Part shown: one piece after another, positions 16,740 through 27,499 of the stretch
Layout of the letters: each line of letters starts with the position of its first letter
Position numbering within the stretch: the first letter of the stretch is position 1
IMG/VR virus record: IMGVR_UViG_3300036945_000811
Strand: one strand, 5' to 3'
DNA from: a virus
DNA length: 50,274 nucleotides
Made by a program: the position numbers and the translations under genes
The notes under the pieces: generated by a model
What the model saw: only the letters and a program-made list of their open reading frames with translations
What the model was told of the DNA's origin: nothing
Database searches by the model: none

Positions 16740-17136
16740 TGAAACTAAGTTAATACAGGCGTTTAAAACCAAATGGTTGACGCTTTCACCGTTACCAAGA
16801 ACGCAATATCCTAACGGAGTTGCTTTGAAGATAGAAGATGGTTTGTTTGTTAATATTCAACATCTTCCAAGTATTACCGATTATCCTGAAATAGGTAATG
16901 ACGCTCAAGCTTTTATATCAGGCTTGTTCGTAGCTACGATATACGCTTTAGAGGGAACGGGTAGTAACGCTTCGACGGATATAGCGAATTTAATAAAGAC
17001 AAAGTTTTCAAGAAACACCATTTTGACTTATTCTGGATTGTCAATTAGTGTTATCAAATCATATACAATGCAATCAGATTCAGAAAACGGAGTATTTCAA
17101 TTACCCGTTTTAATACAATATAAAGGTTGGGTTTAA
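16726..17136 (+). CDS. Tail terminator/completion protein (putative, 136 aa)
   Basis: Position directly upstream of the tail tube gene. Confidence 0.45.
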   Translation: MATVDETKLIQAFKTKWLTLSPLPRTQYPNGVALKIEDGLFVNIQHLPSITDYPEIGNDAQAFISGLFVATIYALEGTGSNASTDIANLIKTKFSRNTILTYSGLSISVIKSYTMQSDSENGVFQLPVLIQYKGWV

Positions 17137-17154
17137 CTATTAAATTACGATAAT

Positions 17155-18048
17155 ATGGCAAACGCACAAGGTTCGAGTTTTCAATTTGCTTATGTACCTG
17201 AAGTGACATGGGGCACAACTCCTGCCACTCCAGCAATGGTACTTCTTCCCGTTACAAAAGTTTCAGGGGGTTTGTCAAAATCAACTCTTGAGGACAATAC
17301 ACTTAATAGTTCGCGGATTAAAGCATTGTCTCGGCATGGTATGAAAACTGTGAAGTTGACGATTGAAGGTAATCTGAGGTATGGTGACTTTGACCCGTGG
17401 ATCGCGGCAGCTTGCCGTTCTACATGGTCAACTAACGTTACTTCTATCGGTCAAACAACTACCTCGTTTACCGGAGAGAAAGGGTTTACTGATATTGCGC
17501 AGTATGCACCTTACACAGCAGTAACCCCGACTAAATTGTCGATCAGTATAAAGCCGAACACGATAATCCCTATAACGATAGAGTGTATTGGTAAAAATGC
17601 AGCGGCTATTTCAACAACTCCTTTGAAAGCTGTTCCGACGGCAATATCCGTAAACCCTCCTTTTGACTCTTTCACAGGTTCGATAACTGAGGGCGGCTCG
17701 GCGATAGCTACTGTTACTGGAATTGATTTCAGTCTTGACAATCAGACAGCAGGGTCTGAAGTTGTTTTCACAAACACTATCACGGGTATAACTGACGGTA
17801 AAGGTAAAGTGGCGGGAACCGTTTCAGCATACTTCACCGATGCAAGTTTGGTGAACAAGTTTGTTAATGAAACCGCATCTTCAATAGTGGTTACTTTGAC
17901 AGATTTACTTGGAGGTAGTCTTGCCATCAATTTTGCATCACTCAAGTACATGGGTGGTGATTTTGACGTTTCCGGTGATGGGCCTATAACCTTGTCGTTA
18001 CCATTTGAGGCAACCAACGTTCAGTTTACAAGAACAGCACATTTATAA
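17155..18048 (+). CDS. Major tail tube protein
   Basis: 297 aa directly upstream of the chaperone pair and tape measure gene. No sheath gene is present, so the tail is siphovirus-type. Confidence 0.7.
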   Translation: MANAQGSSFQFAYVPEVTWGTTPATPAMVLLPVTKVSGGLSKSTLEDNTLNSSRIKALSRHGMKTVKLTIEGNLRYGDFDPWIAAACRSTWSTNVTSIGQTTTSFTGEKGFTDIAQYAPYTAVTPTKLSISIKPNTIIPITIECIGKNAAAISTTPLKAVPTAISVNPPFDSFTGSITEGGSAIATVTGIDFSLDNQTAGSEVVFTNTITGITDGKGKVAGTVSAYFTDASLVNKFVNETASSIVVTLTDLLGGSLAINFASLKYMGGDFDVSGDGPITLSLPFEATNVQFTRTAHL

Positions 18049-18070
18049 CAAACAATAAAAAGGAGCAATA

Positions 18071-18457
18071 ATGAATTTTTCAGCAGTAGAAAACAAAAAC
18101 AACGAAGGTGTCTGGATTAACATTGATGATGTTAACGGTGTTCAGATTGAAGGCGTGAGAGTTAAAATTCTCGGAATTGATTCAGATACTTACAAGAAGA
18201 AACAGCGTCAGATTACCGACAAGCGAATTAACAACCGTAAGATGAAGATTACAAGTGCCGAACTTGAATCGGAAGGTTTAGCTTTAGTGGCATCATGTAT
18301 TGTGGAATGGGAAGGTGTAGAAGATAACGACGGTGCTGTAGTGTGTAACGAATCCAACGTTCGTAAATTTTTGTCCGAAAACACGTTTGTTAAAGAGCAG
18401 ATTGATGCTGCGATTGCTGACCGAGCAAATTTTATCGGCAGCTTCAAGAAGCCTTAA
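18071..18457 (+). CDS. Tail assembly chaperone (gpG analogue)
   Basis: 128 aa with an AAGGAG SD, immediately before the tape measure gene; carries the slippery heptamer near its 3' end. Confidence 0.7.
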   Translation: MNFSAVENKNNEGVWINIDDVNGVQIEGVRVKILGIDSDTYKKKQRQITDKRINNRKMKITSAELESEGLALVASCIVEWEGVEDNDGAVVCNESNVRKFLSENTFVKEQIDAAIADRANFIGSFKKP

Positions 18458-18786
18458 CTGAAGTTGTACGTTTTATGAAAACGTATGATTATAAAGGTAA
18501 AGACGGTAGCAGTAAACGAGACAAGTTACTTCAGGTAGAAAAGACAATTGGTGTTTGCCCACAAGAGTTGTTGGATGAGCCTGAAGTACCTGCTGCTGGC
18601 GAACACTTGTGGGAACTTTTCTTGAAGTTGAATAGCACACGACAATCGGGAATGGATGCAAACCCGTTACTACCTACGGAGATTGTAGCATACTGTGGGT
18701 TAATCGGATTTGAATTGCGTAACTTTGAAGTTGACATTTTACTCGCAATGGACTCTGTATTTTTAAGTACTAAACCTGACGAATGA
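18071..18786 (+). CDS. Tail assembly chaperone fusion (gpGT analogue) made by a -1 frameshift at 18427-18433; the downstream ORF 18475..18786 could also be translated alone
   Basis: The -1 frame after the slip reads TAT CGG CAG ... ATG(18475) with no stop. The predicted product is about 238 aa. Conserved G/GT arrangement of long-tailed phages. Confidence 0.55.
18427..18433 (+). promoter_or_regulatory. -1 programmed ribosomal frameshift site A_AAT_TTT
   Basis: The heptamer is in the correct zero-frame phase (GCA AAT TTT). The -1 frame is open from 18421 through ORF 18475..18786. Confidence 0.65.
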
Positions 18787-21700
18787 TGAGCGATCAGCAA
18801 GCAAAAATAACGATATCGGCTGAAGAGCAGGGTGTTAGTCAGGTACTTAAAACCGTTGAGGCTTTAGAGAAGCGGTTAGGTTTGCTTGAAAAGCAGTTGA
18901 AGAGTTACGATGCTGCTATTGGTAAAACAAATTCCACATTAGCTTCACAAAAAACAGCCACTGACGATCTGAGTATGTCTACTCAGAAACTGTATTCGAA
19001 TATTGACGCTTTGATGGGTGTTCAGCAAGGTTTAGGTACTGTGGGAACCAGAACTAATGCGGTACTGGCTTCACAAGCCAGTAATATGTGGAGTCTAAGT
19101 GGTACTTCACGCAAAGTTACTGTCGATTTGAACGCAATGCTCGGTGCTCAGAACAACATTGGAACTGTTGGTAAAAAAACAAATTCAGTTCTTGCCGAAC
19201 AGTCAAGCAATCTTTGGAGTTTGAGCGGTAACGCTAAAGGTGGAGCTAAGGCGATTCGAGATTTAGCTGACGCTCAAGAACGCCTCAACTTGGCACAAAA
19301 AGCAGGTATGCTTGGTGCGAGTGGTGGTACTACTGTGGGAACCAGAACTAATCAGCCCTACGCTCCGATGAGCTATGCCAGTACGGGTGGGCTGATTGGT
19401 TCTACTAACTACGGATTGATTGGGCCACCTTCGATGAAAGGCCCGACAGGAACGACCTATGGCACAGGTGGTGGTCAAAACGGCCCTTACATGTTTGGAT
19501 TCCCCACAGCTTCTCAGGTGGCTATAACTGAAAAAGCTAACGCTGAGTATGAAAGACTTTATGGCAACACAGCGAAATTGAAACAAGCTCATCAAGAAGC
19601 ATCGCAAGCAGTTGATAAACACACATCATCTTGGGGTGAACATATCGCAAAAGTAGCTGGAGGTATCATTCTCTATCAAGGTGTTCGTGAGGCAATGCGT
19701 TTGGCTATCGGGTTCTTCTACGGTGGTATCAAAGCTGTCTCTGATTATGAAGATGCTATCATAGGTATGGCTGCCATGTGGACAACACTGGCTAAAGACC
19801 AGTCAAACATCCCTGAAACGTTCAAACTTAACGTTCAATACGCCAAAGACTTGATACCTGTTATGCAGCAGATTGATATCTATTCAGGTATGAATCTTGA
19901 CCAATTGTTGCAAATGAATATGGCGTTTGCTACACAAGGTGTTGTGCTTAATAAAAACAACCAAGACCAGATACAGGGATATACCAACATCTCAAACGCT
20001 ATTCTTTTTCTAACTAAAGGTCAATCGTCGAGTCGGCAGATACAGCAGGAAATCAAAGCTGTGATGCAAGGGCAGTTGCGAGATAGTGACTCACTGGCTA
20101 AAATATTAGCATCTCAAATAGGCCCAGAATACAAGAAGCAGATAGCGGACTGGAAAGCCATAGGGCAGGCTTCAGGTGATAGCGGTTTCATCATCGCCAA
20201 GATTGGTGAACATCTCAAAGGTTACACTGAGGCGATGGATATGATGCAAGGTAGTTGGTCGGTCATGATATCATCACTCAAAACCACATGGACTATACTC
20301 GAACGTGATGTGTTTACACCGATCCTTAAAGATTGGAAGATTGGTTTACAGGCTGTTAATGAATATTTAAAAGCTCATAGCACAGAAATAGCTACAAATG
20401 TTTACAACGCATGGATTTCACTAAAAGGTGTACTGGTTGGAGTTTATGAAAATTGGGATAATATAAAAGTCATACTCGAAGTCATATTCGGAGTTATGGC
20501 TTTACAGCGAGTTGTTACTTTTGTAACATGGATTGCTAAACTTGGCCCTATTTTAACTGAGATCGTAACGACACTTGGTACTTTAGAAATAGCTATAGGT
20601 GCAGGTGCGATAGCTACAGGAGCTGTAACTGTCGGTAGCATAGCAACAGCGTTCGTTGCTGTGGGCATTGGTATATACTATGCTATAGAAGCTTTGCAGA
20701 AATGGAATGTTGAAAACGGTAATCCTGCAACAAGACAATATACGCACCCTACTGACAGAAATGCACAATCTATAAATCCTCAGTCTCCTGATATGTCGAG
20801 ATTTAAAAATGGAGATTTTATAGCGGTTGTTCCGAAGGTCCCTAAACCTCCAACTTTACCGACGGGCTACACACCAAAATTAGGCGTACTTGGTACAGAT
20901 GATAATAGTAAACCGAAAGTCGATCCTCAAATAGCTTTAAACCGATCGTGGGAAGATTTAATTAAAAAGATTGGTGATTTAAATTCAAAGTTCGCATCGT
21001 TTAATGAACGTGGCGGTCTCATACCCACAATTGAAGATGCTGTTAAATCTTTCGATGACGCTAAATCTAAAGTTGACTCTTTGAATGTTAAAGGAATTAC
21101 TCCTACAAAAGAGCGTATTCATGATTTACAAGTAGCTTTTGAAGATCAAACAAAAGCCGAAGGTGTTTATGAGAAGAGTTTCAAGCATTGGAACAGTGAG
21201 TTGGATAAAGCTGACAAGATGCTCACCAAGTCAACGGCTACTACTCTTACTTTAACAGAAGCTCGTAAGAAGGTTTCTGATGCCGAATTGCATTTACAGA
21301 GCGTTACGATACTGGGTACTGCTGCCGGATCACAGTTGACGGATGGTATACTTAAATTAACAGAGGCTCGTAACGAAGAAGCTGCTGCCGCTAAAGCAGG
21401 TTCTGTCGCACTCGATAAGATTAACAAGAAGTTTAAATTCATAGGTGATACTGCAACGTCCATGTTTGGTGAAAAAGGTGGTAGCGCGGCATCTGCTTTT
21501 GAATCATATTCGATACTTTCTGATAAACAAGCTTTAGACAAGTACGCCGAGAATAATGGGATGACAACCGGACAAGCTCAGGCAAATTTGTACTCATCAA
21601 TCGGGGACAATATTGGGAAAATAGTTGGCGGGAAAACTGGCGGTGCTATTTCTGCGACATCTTCTGGTGGCGTTCTTGGTTTGACTTCCTTCCTCATAAG

Positions 21701-24074
21701 TAGTGCAAAAGCTGAAAAAGCGGAACGTAATGACGCAAGGCGGTCGGGTTACGATAGTATTATAAGCAGCGCGTTGAGCGGTGGTGAATACTCTGCAATG
21801 CTGGCACGTGGTGGAGGTTACACGTACGGATCAATGGAGAGTTGGACTGGTGCTGGCGCGATAGCTGGGAAGAGTGCAGGACAGCGGCTTTTTGGAGACC
21901 GTGGTACTGAGGGAATGGAAAACCTTACAAAATATGTCAAGGTGATGGATGAGGCGTTGGCATCGATATCAGCTTTTGCCAAACCATCATTGGTGACTCA
22001 GCTTGATGCTATACGGACAAAGTATGAATATTCGATAGCAACGGCAGGTAATCTTGCAGAATTGCATAAAGCATACATCGCTGATATTACAGTTGCAATA
22101 ACAGGAATTACTGCCGATAGCGTTGCCGGTCTGCTTGAAGATGTAGTAACCACATCACCCACAGGCGAGGCGGGAGCTGCGTTTGCTGAAAAGATGGAAG
22201 CGTCGCTTGCTACATCAATCCGTAATATTTCAGAGTTAACGTTCTCTCAGAGTGTTATAATTCCCGCTCTTCAGCCCGGACTTTCGGCGCTTGCTCAAGC
22301 GGTGGTTGCAGGAGCAGACACGTCGGCAATTTACGCAGGATTGAAGGGCACTATTCAAAGCCTTGTGCCTGTTATCAACGAGTTTCAAGGCTCGTTGGAA
22401 TCACTTGGCTTGTCGTCGCTGGAAATGGCAAAGGCAGTTAAGGCTGAAGCCGACACGCTGATAAAGCAAGCATACCAAGTGCTTGGTAACACAGAAGCAT
22501 TGAGAAGTTTAGCACTGGCTGATATATCACCTGAAAACCAAGCACTGCAACAACTATTGTGGGCACAGCAGGATGCAGCACAATCGGTAACGGACAGTCT
22601 CAACGGGTTGAGGGATTCTGTTGTACTGCAAAAAGACGCATTGACAGCAGCATACGATTCAAGCGTAAAACTCATCAGCACGCAAGAAACCGCGTGGACA
22701 GAAACACTTAACAGACTTAATACGCTGCAAAACAGCCTAAAATCAACGCTATCCGGTTTTGCAACACGTGACACGGGCGCAATGGCACAACGTGCAGCAC
22801 AGGGGACAATCTATGGTGCTCTGAACACAGCAAGAGCTGGTGGAGAGGTTACGCTCGATAGTGGTCTGCAAAATGCTTTGTCGGTTGTGTCACAGATGAA
22901 GCAGAGTGATTTTTCTTCGCAGGTTGAGTACAGCCGTGCATATTACGGTACAATGTACGCTGTGCAGGAGCTGAGCGGAATCATAGGTGAACAGATCACC
23001 GTTGCGGATCAGCAGCTAACGGCGCTTGAGAGTATTCGTGATATACTCACATTAAGCTACGATAACTCAAATACAGCGCTTGATAATCTTGTAAAAGCAT
23101 CAGAAGCTCAAGCGAAAGTGTTGTTGACAGGGGGTTTAACTGACGCGGAAAAAGCCGCTTATCAGACGGCAGTTGATACAGCGAAAGAAACATCAAACAA
23201 CGAAGTTAATTGGTTGAGTAAAATCGTTGATCGCGTTGGGGATGTAGATGCTGGCATCACTGGCACGGAAGGAACAAACACAGTACTTGAGACGATTAAA
23301 GCGTATCAGACTACGTATGAGAATAGCCTCAACGAACTGAACGCAACGAACGCGGTTAATGCAAGTGTGGCAGGAATGAACACAACTCTTGCTACCATGA
23401 GCGCAAACTTAACGGCTTATGATTCCACGATGTACGGGATCATGCAGGAGCTGACGAACAAATATAACGCTGAAGAAGCGCTGAAAAGGGAAAACATTGC
23501 GGCAGCAGCTGAAGCTGCAAGATTGGCGGCAGTTGCCGAACAAGAAAGAATTGACGCAGCAAATAAGTTAGCTTACGAAAACTCGAACGCTTTTCAATTA
23601 TCGGGTAAAAATGGTGCGACGACAAATATCGGCGTTGGCTCATACAATGTGCAAGATTTGTTTGGATGGAAAGGGCTGACTGGCTTTGATGAGTTGCAAG
23701 GAAAGTTCAAAATTGACCTCTACATTGATCCGGGTCTTATTGGATATCGCGCAAGCTACTCGGCAAGTGAAGGATGGAGCCGCGATGATTGGAGTGATCC
23801 TCGTGCTTTAGAAAATGTCGAAAGTTTCACAATCAGCCGCTTGCCCGGCTTCGCTGTGGGTACAGACTACGTACCACAGGACATGATCGCGCAAATCCAC
23901 GAAGGCGAGAAGATCACGCCAAAAGCGTACAACGGCGAAAACGAAAAGTTGATGGAAGAATTGATTGACCAAGTGAAAGTATTGATAACTGAAGTTAAGA
24001 ACGGCAATAAAAACACAAACGATACGCGAAAAGCAGTTCAGCTAAACAACAGATTCGTAGGAGCTACCGCCTAA
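18783..24074 (+). CDS. Tape measure protein (1763 aa)
   Basis: Very long helical ORF after the chaperones; central hydrophobic block (VIFGVMALQRVV...AVGIGIYYAIEAL); N-terminal 42-aa repeats. Confidence 0.9.
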   Translation: MMSDQQAKITISAEEQGVSQVLKTVEALEKRLGLLEKQLKSYDAAIGKTNSTLASQKTATDDLSMSTQKLYSNIDALMGVQQGLGTVGTRTNAVLASQASNMWSLSGTSRKVTVDLNAMLGAQNNIGTVGKKTNSVLAEQSSNLWSLSGNAKGGAKAIRDLADAQERLNLAQKAGMLGASGGTTVGTRTNQPYAPMSYASTGGLIGSTNYGLIGPPSMKGPTGTTYGTGGGQNGPYMFGFPTASQVAITEKANAEYERLYGNTAKLKQAHQEASQAVDKHTSSWGEHIAKVAGGIILYQGVREAMRLAIGFFYGGIKAVSDYEDAIIGMAAMWTTLAKDQSNIPETFKLNVQYAKDLIPVMQQIDIYSGMNLDQLLQMNMAFATQGVVLNKNNQDQIQGYTNISNAILFLTKGQSSSRQIQQEIKAVMQGQLRDSDSLAKILASQIGPEYKKQIADWKAIGQASGDSGFIIAKIGEHLKGYTEAMDMMQGSWSVMISSLKTTWTILERDVFTPILKDWKIGLQAVNEYLKAHSTEIATNVYNAWISLKGVLVGVYENWDNIKVILEVIFGVMALQRVVTFVTWIAKLGPILTEIVTTLGTLEIAIGAGAIATGAVTVGSIATAFVAVGIGIYYAIEALQKWNVENGNPATRQYTHPTDRNAQSINPQSPDMSRFKNGDFIAVVPKVPKPPTLPTGYTPKLGVLGTDDNSKPKVDPQIALNRSWEDLIKKIGDLNSKFASFNERGGLIPTIEDAVKSFDDAKSKVDSLNVKGITPTKERIHDLQVAFEDQTKAEGVYEKSFKHWNSELDKADKMLTKSTATTLTLTEARKKVSDAELHLQSVTILGTAAGSQLTDGILKLTEARNEEAAAAKAGSVALDKINKKFKFIGDTATSMFGEKGGSAASAFESYSILSDKQALDKYAENNGMTTGQAQANLYSSIGDNIGKIVGGKTGGAISATSSGGVLGLTSFLISSAKAEKAERNDARRSGYDSIISSALSGGEYSAMLARGGGYTYGSMESWTGAGAIAGKSAGQRLFGDRGTEGMENLTKYVKVMDEALASISAFAKPSLVTQLDAIRTKYEYSIATAGNLAELHKAYIADITVAITGITADSVAGLLEDVVTTSPTGEAGAAFAEKMEASLATSIRNISELTFSQSVIIPALQPGLSALAQAVVAGADTSAIYAGLKGTIQSLVPVINEFQGSLESLGLSSLEMAKAVKAEADTLIKQAYQVLGNTEALRSLALADISPENQALQQLLWAQQDAAQSVTDSLNGLRDSVVLQKDALTAAYDSSVKLISTQETAWTETLNRLNTLQNSLKSTLSGFATRDTGAMAQRAAQGTIYGALNTARAGGEVTLDSGLQNALSVVSQMKQSDFSSQVEYSRAYYGTMYAVQELSGIIGEQITVADQQLTALESIRDILTLSYDNSNTALDNLVKASEAQAKVLLTGGLTDAEKAAYQTAVDTAKETSNNEVNWLSKIVDRVGDVDAGITGTEGTNTVLETIKAYQTTYENSLNELNATNAVNASVAGMNTTLATMSANLTAYDSTMYGIMQELTNKYNAEEALKRENIAAAAEAARLAAVAEQERIDAANKLAYENSNAFQLSGKNGATTNIGVGSYNVQDLFGWKGLTGFDELQGKFKIDLYIDPGLIGYRASYSASEGWSRDDWSDPRALENVESFTISRLPGFAVGTDYVPQDMIAQIHEGEKITPKAYNGENEKLMEELIDQVKVLITEVKNGNKNTNDTRKAVQLNNRFVGATA

Positions 24075-26062
24075 TGGAAATTATTGTACCGTTCGAGATT
24101 AATGACTCAAACTTGATATCGTCAAGTATCGTAGAAGATGACGCGCCTTATTGGTGTCCTATGCGAACTTATGGTGTTGAGGAAAGAATTATTTCCGAAA
24201 CTCATTATATTTATGAGGCATTGAAGCCTGTCGCAACAAATATAGTTCAAGCAGGAACTGAGTTGTCTGTAGCTACTGATGCGGCACATACACCGTTATC
24301 CATTTGGGATAAAACAACAGACAGGATATTAGTTTTTTATACACAAAAATTTGGTTTAAACAGCGGTCTGTGCTATAGCACGTATGGAAAAACGATCAAT
24401 GTGATACAGTTGCTTTCAGAAGTCACTGTTAATTCCTTATATGCACTTAACTTTACAGCTATATATTCGGATGTACTAAAGAACAGTTTCTTTGCATATC
24501 AATGGGTTGTTCCGGGTACAAGACTTGACTTCCATATAAGGGCGCAGTCGAGTGTGACGCAAAGTGAGAATATTTTTGAATTACTACAGTACACACAAAA
24601 CACAAATTATCGGGATTTAAAATTCATTGATCTGTCAGGTGTTGGCTTTCTGACTCTATGGTGGCGAGATGACACGACTGGATATGTTGAGTTTTTAAGC
24701 ATATCGAGCAACTCTGATGTTATTACGGTTAGCGGAAAACAAACAGCAATATCTGTACAAACATCATTCATAGATGTTGTGGCTATTGATGGTGATAAGG
24801 TTGTTGTTGTTTACAAAAAAACCAGCAACGGTTTGTTGTACTATACTATATTAAAGGTGAATGTTGACAATTCAGTTACGGTGTATAGTTATGAGAGTTC
24901 AGTGTATAGTCTTGCAACAACTGATTTTTCTGTAGCTATTTTGAACAGTGAACAATTCATAGTTAGTTACATACGAGAAACTGATGGATATGTATACTAC
25001 AAAACATTCAACACGTCCTATGTAAATATTCAGTCCGGGTTATTCGTATCAGGTGTGAGCAGTAATTTGAAACTCACTTTTCTTAAAAGCAAATCACGTT
25101 ACGATAATACAGTATTATTATGTTATTACAGCGATGGTGAATTGATTGTAAAATCCAACAGATTTGACAATGGCTATATAAAACCTATACCTGTTGCAGA
25201 TAGTGTGACAAAGGTAATATTAGCATCAAGTGACAGCTCTGATACGCAGCCCACACTGGGTGGAATTGATAGTATGTTGTTTTTTCCAAGCCGATATGGT
25301 AGTAAATACATATTATATTACACTGATATAAACTCTCCTGAGTTTATGACTGAGGCTTATCTCACAGAGCCATATTGGGCAGAAGTATCTCCATCAAACC
25401 GATACGCAATGTTTGATGCTGAGGTAAACACATCAACAACATCAATGGATGAAATAGCGGTTGAAGTGCATCCTTCAGAAACGGCTACAGGTATATCGTT
25501 CTTCAACCTTGTGGGCAGTAGCTTGAATATCACCGTAACCGATAGTATGGATGTTGAGGTTTATAACGTTGACGTTAGCCTTGATGGGACGATTATTGCC
25601 ACGTCGTGGGATTGGTGGTTCAGGACGTTCCGACAGAAGCAAACTTACGTAAATTCGGAGTTTCCACCGTTTTATAATTCGACAATAAAAGCTACATTAA
25701 CGGGTAGCGGTGAAGTAGCTATAGGTGCTATGCAGGTTGGTACAAGTGAATACATCGGTACTGCTCTACAAGGTACAGGCTTTGGATGTGACGATTACTC
25801 GATCATTGAAAGGGTGTTCGACAAGACCAAGTTTGTCAAAAAAGGAAACGCTCAATTAACGAATGTCGAATTATACGTTGAAGGTTGGAGAATGTCCACA
25901 ACGGTTCAGACCTTACGGTCAACTCTTTCGACACCAGCAACATTTGTACCAACGAACGACGATCAATATTCGTTTATGAGCACTTTGGGGTACTACCAGA
26001 CATACAACGCAACAATAGAAATAGACGGAAAAATAACAATGGAAATTAGGGAGTTAACATAA
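24074..26062 (+). CDS. Distal tail / baseplate structural protein (662 aa)
   Basis: Directly follows the tape measure gene with a TAATG overlap. Function inferred from position. Confidence 0.55.
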   Translation: MEIIVPFEINDSNLISSSIVEDDAPYWCPMRTYGVEERIISETHYIYEALKPVATNIVQAGTELSVATDAAHTPLSIWDKTTDRILVFYTQKFGLNSGLCYSTYGKTINVIQLLSEVTVNSLYALNFTAIYSDVLKNSFFAYQWVVPGTRLDFHIRAQSSVTQSENIFELLQYTQNTNYRDLKFIDLSGVGFLTLWWRDDTTGYVEFLSISSNSDVITVSGKQTAISVQTSFIDVVAIDGDKVVVVYKKTSNGLLYYTILKVNVDNSVTVYSYESSVYSLATTDFSVAILNSEQFIVSYIRETDGYVYYKTFNTSYVNIQSGLFVSGVSSNLKLTFLKSKSRYDNTVLLCYYSDGELIVKSNRFDNGYIKPIPVADSVTKVILASSDSSDTQPTLGGIDSMLFFPSRYGSKYILYYTDINSPEFMTEAYLTEPYWAEVSPSNRYAMFDAEVNTSTTSMDEIAVEVHPSETATGISFFNLVGSSLNITVTDSMDVEVYNVDVSLDGTIIATSWDWWFRTFRQKQTYVNSEFPPFYNSTIKATLTGSGEVAIGAMQVGTSEYIGTALQGTGFGCDDYSIIERVFDKTKFVKKGNAQLTNVELYVEGWRMSTTVQTLRSTLSTPATFVPTNDDQYSFMSTLGYYQTYNATIEIDGKITMEIRELT

Positions 26063-27237
26063 TGAGTACCGTACCAACGATTACAGCGAATCTGGTCTTT
26101 CCAGACGTAACGCATGGGCAGACACAGTTTAACAATGAAATGAATACGTACCACCAACAGACAATTTTGATGGTTGATGAGATGGTAGATGGCGTTATTC
26201 CGGGTATTAATGTGGTGTCAGGAGAAGTAAATGCGTATCTCAGCGAAACTGTACAATACTACACGATGACGCAGGGTATGTACAACACATTCGTAGCATA
26301 CGCCAATCCTATCATGTGGGTAAGCGGTACGACGTATGCCGTAAATGATGTCAGGGTTTCTCCAACTGATTTTCAGAACTACAGGAGGAAAACAGCAGGA
26401 GCAGGAACGACTGATCCAAATCTTGATACGACGAACTGGGTTGATTTTACGACGAGTACACATAATCCTGTGTTTACAGGTGGTGTTGCCATCGGGGTGG
26501 ATGTTGATAACCCAATGGCGAAGTTGCACATAGAGGACGGGTTGGTGTTAATAGGGTCGTCGCAGAATACGAGTAAGACAAACACATTGATTTCGAGTTA
26601 CGGATACAGGCTTGGAGGAACTACTTACGGGAATTGCTCTATCCGTTCTACATATAACAATTCCTCAAACTCATCTTCGTTAGAATTTTATACCGCATCA
26701 AGTGGTCTGTCATCTTCTGAGAAATATCGAATAACGGGAGACGGCGAACTGATTATTGGAAAAACCACAGCAACAGCCAACGGTGGTGATTTGCAAGTAA
26801 GTCGTGGGATTACCTTTCCAGCTACTCAGGTACCGTGTAGTGATCCGAATACTCTTGATGATTACGAAAAGGGTTTTTGGACATGCGGAATGGCAAATGC
26901 AACGGTGACACAAACCTCAATCGCTCAATACACAAAAATTGGGAATCTTTGTCACTGCTCATTTGACATTACGATTACAGCAATAGGTACGGGTAATGGA
27001 TACATTCTTATAGGATTACCATTTCGGTCAAATGCGGATAATTTGGCTACCGTCAATATCATGTATGTGTCAGGATTAGCCACCGCAGTATCTATGATTA
27101 CTGGGGTTATAGGCGGATCAACATCATCTATGTCTATAGGTGTGATAGCCGGAACAGGCGCTACATCAATAACAAACCCGGCAATTTTGACAACAGGTTC
27201 ACGTATTGCTGGTTCGTTTACTTATTTAACAACGTAA
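26062..27237 (+). CDS. Tail fibre protein (391 aa)
   Basis: WVSGTTYAVNDVRVSP...DTTNWVDF (carbohydrate-binding-like motif) and GVAIGVDVDNPMAKLHIEDG (common phage fibre motif); position in the tail module. Confidence 0.6.
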   Translation: MSTVPTITANLVFPDVTHGQTQFNNEMNTYHQQTILMVDEMVDGVIPGINVVSGEVNAYLSETVQYYTMTQGMYNTFVAYANPIMWVSGTTYAVNDVRVSPTDFQNYRRKTAGAGTTDPNLDTTNWVDFTTSTHNPVFTGGVAIGVDVDNPMAKLHIEDGLVLIGSSQNTSKTNTLISSYGYRLGGTTYGNCSIRSTYNNSSNSSSLEFYTASSGLSSSEKYRITGDGELIIGKTTATANGGDLQVSRGITFPATQVPCSDPNTLDDYEKGFWTCGMANATVTQTSIAQYTKIGNLCHCSFDITITAIGTGNGYILIGLPFRSNADNLATVNIMYVSGLATAVSMITGVIGGSTSSMSIGVIAGTGATSITNPAILTTGSRIAGSFTYLTT

Positions 27238-27241
27238 TATT

Positions 27242-27499
27242 ATGATAACAAAATCAAAACAAGTAGATGAAACTACTATAGCTGCTAACGGTACAGTTCT
27301 GCTTAAAGAATCAATAACAGTTACCGACGACGATGGAAGTGTGCTTGCTGTAAAGTATAAGCGTGACAGCTACGCACCCGGATCAGTTGATGTGACAGAA
27401 ATTCCAAAAGCGTCACGAGCAATCGTAAAAGCTGCATGGACTGATGATATACTAACCGCTTACAACACAAAAATAGCAACAAATGAAAACAACGTCTAA
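27242..27499 (+). CDS. Hypothetical protein (85 aa), last gene of the rightward block
   Basis: ORF track; its stop overlaps the stop of the convergent polymerase gene. Confidence 0.55.
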   Translation: MITKSKQVDETTIAANGTVLLKESITVTDDDGSVLAVKYKRDSYAPGSVDVTEIPKASRAIVKAAWTDDILTAYNTKIATNENNV

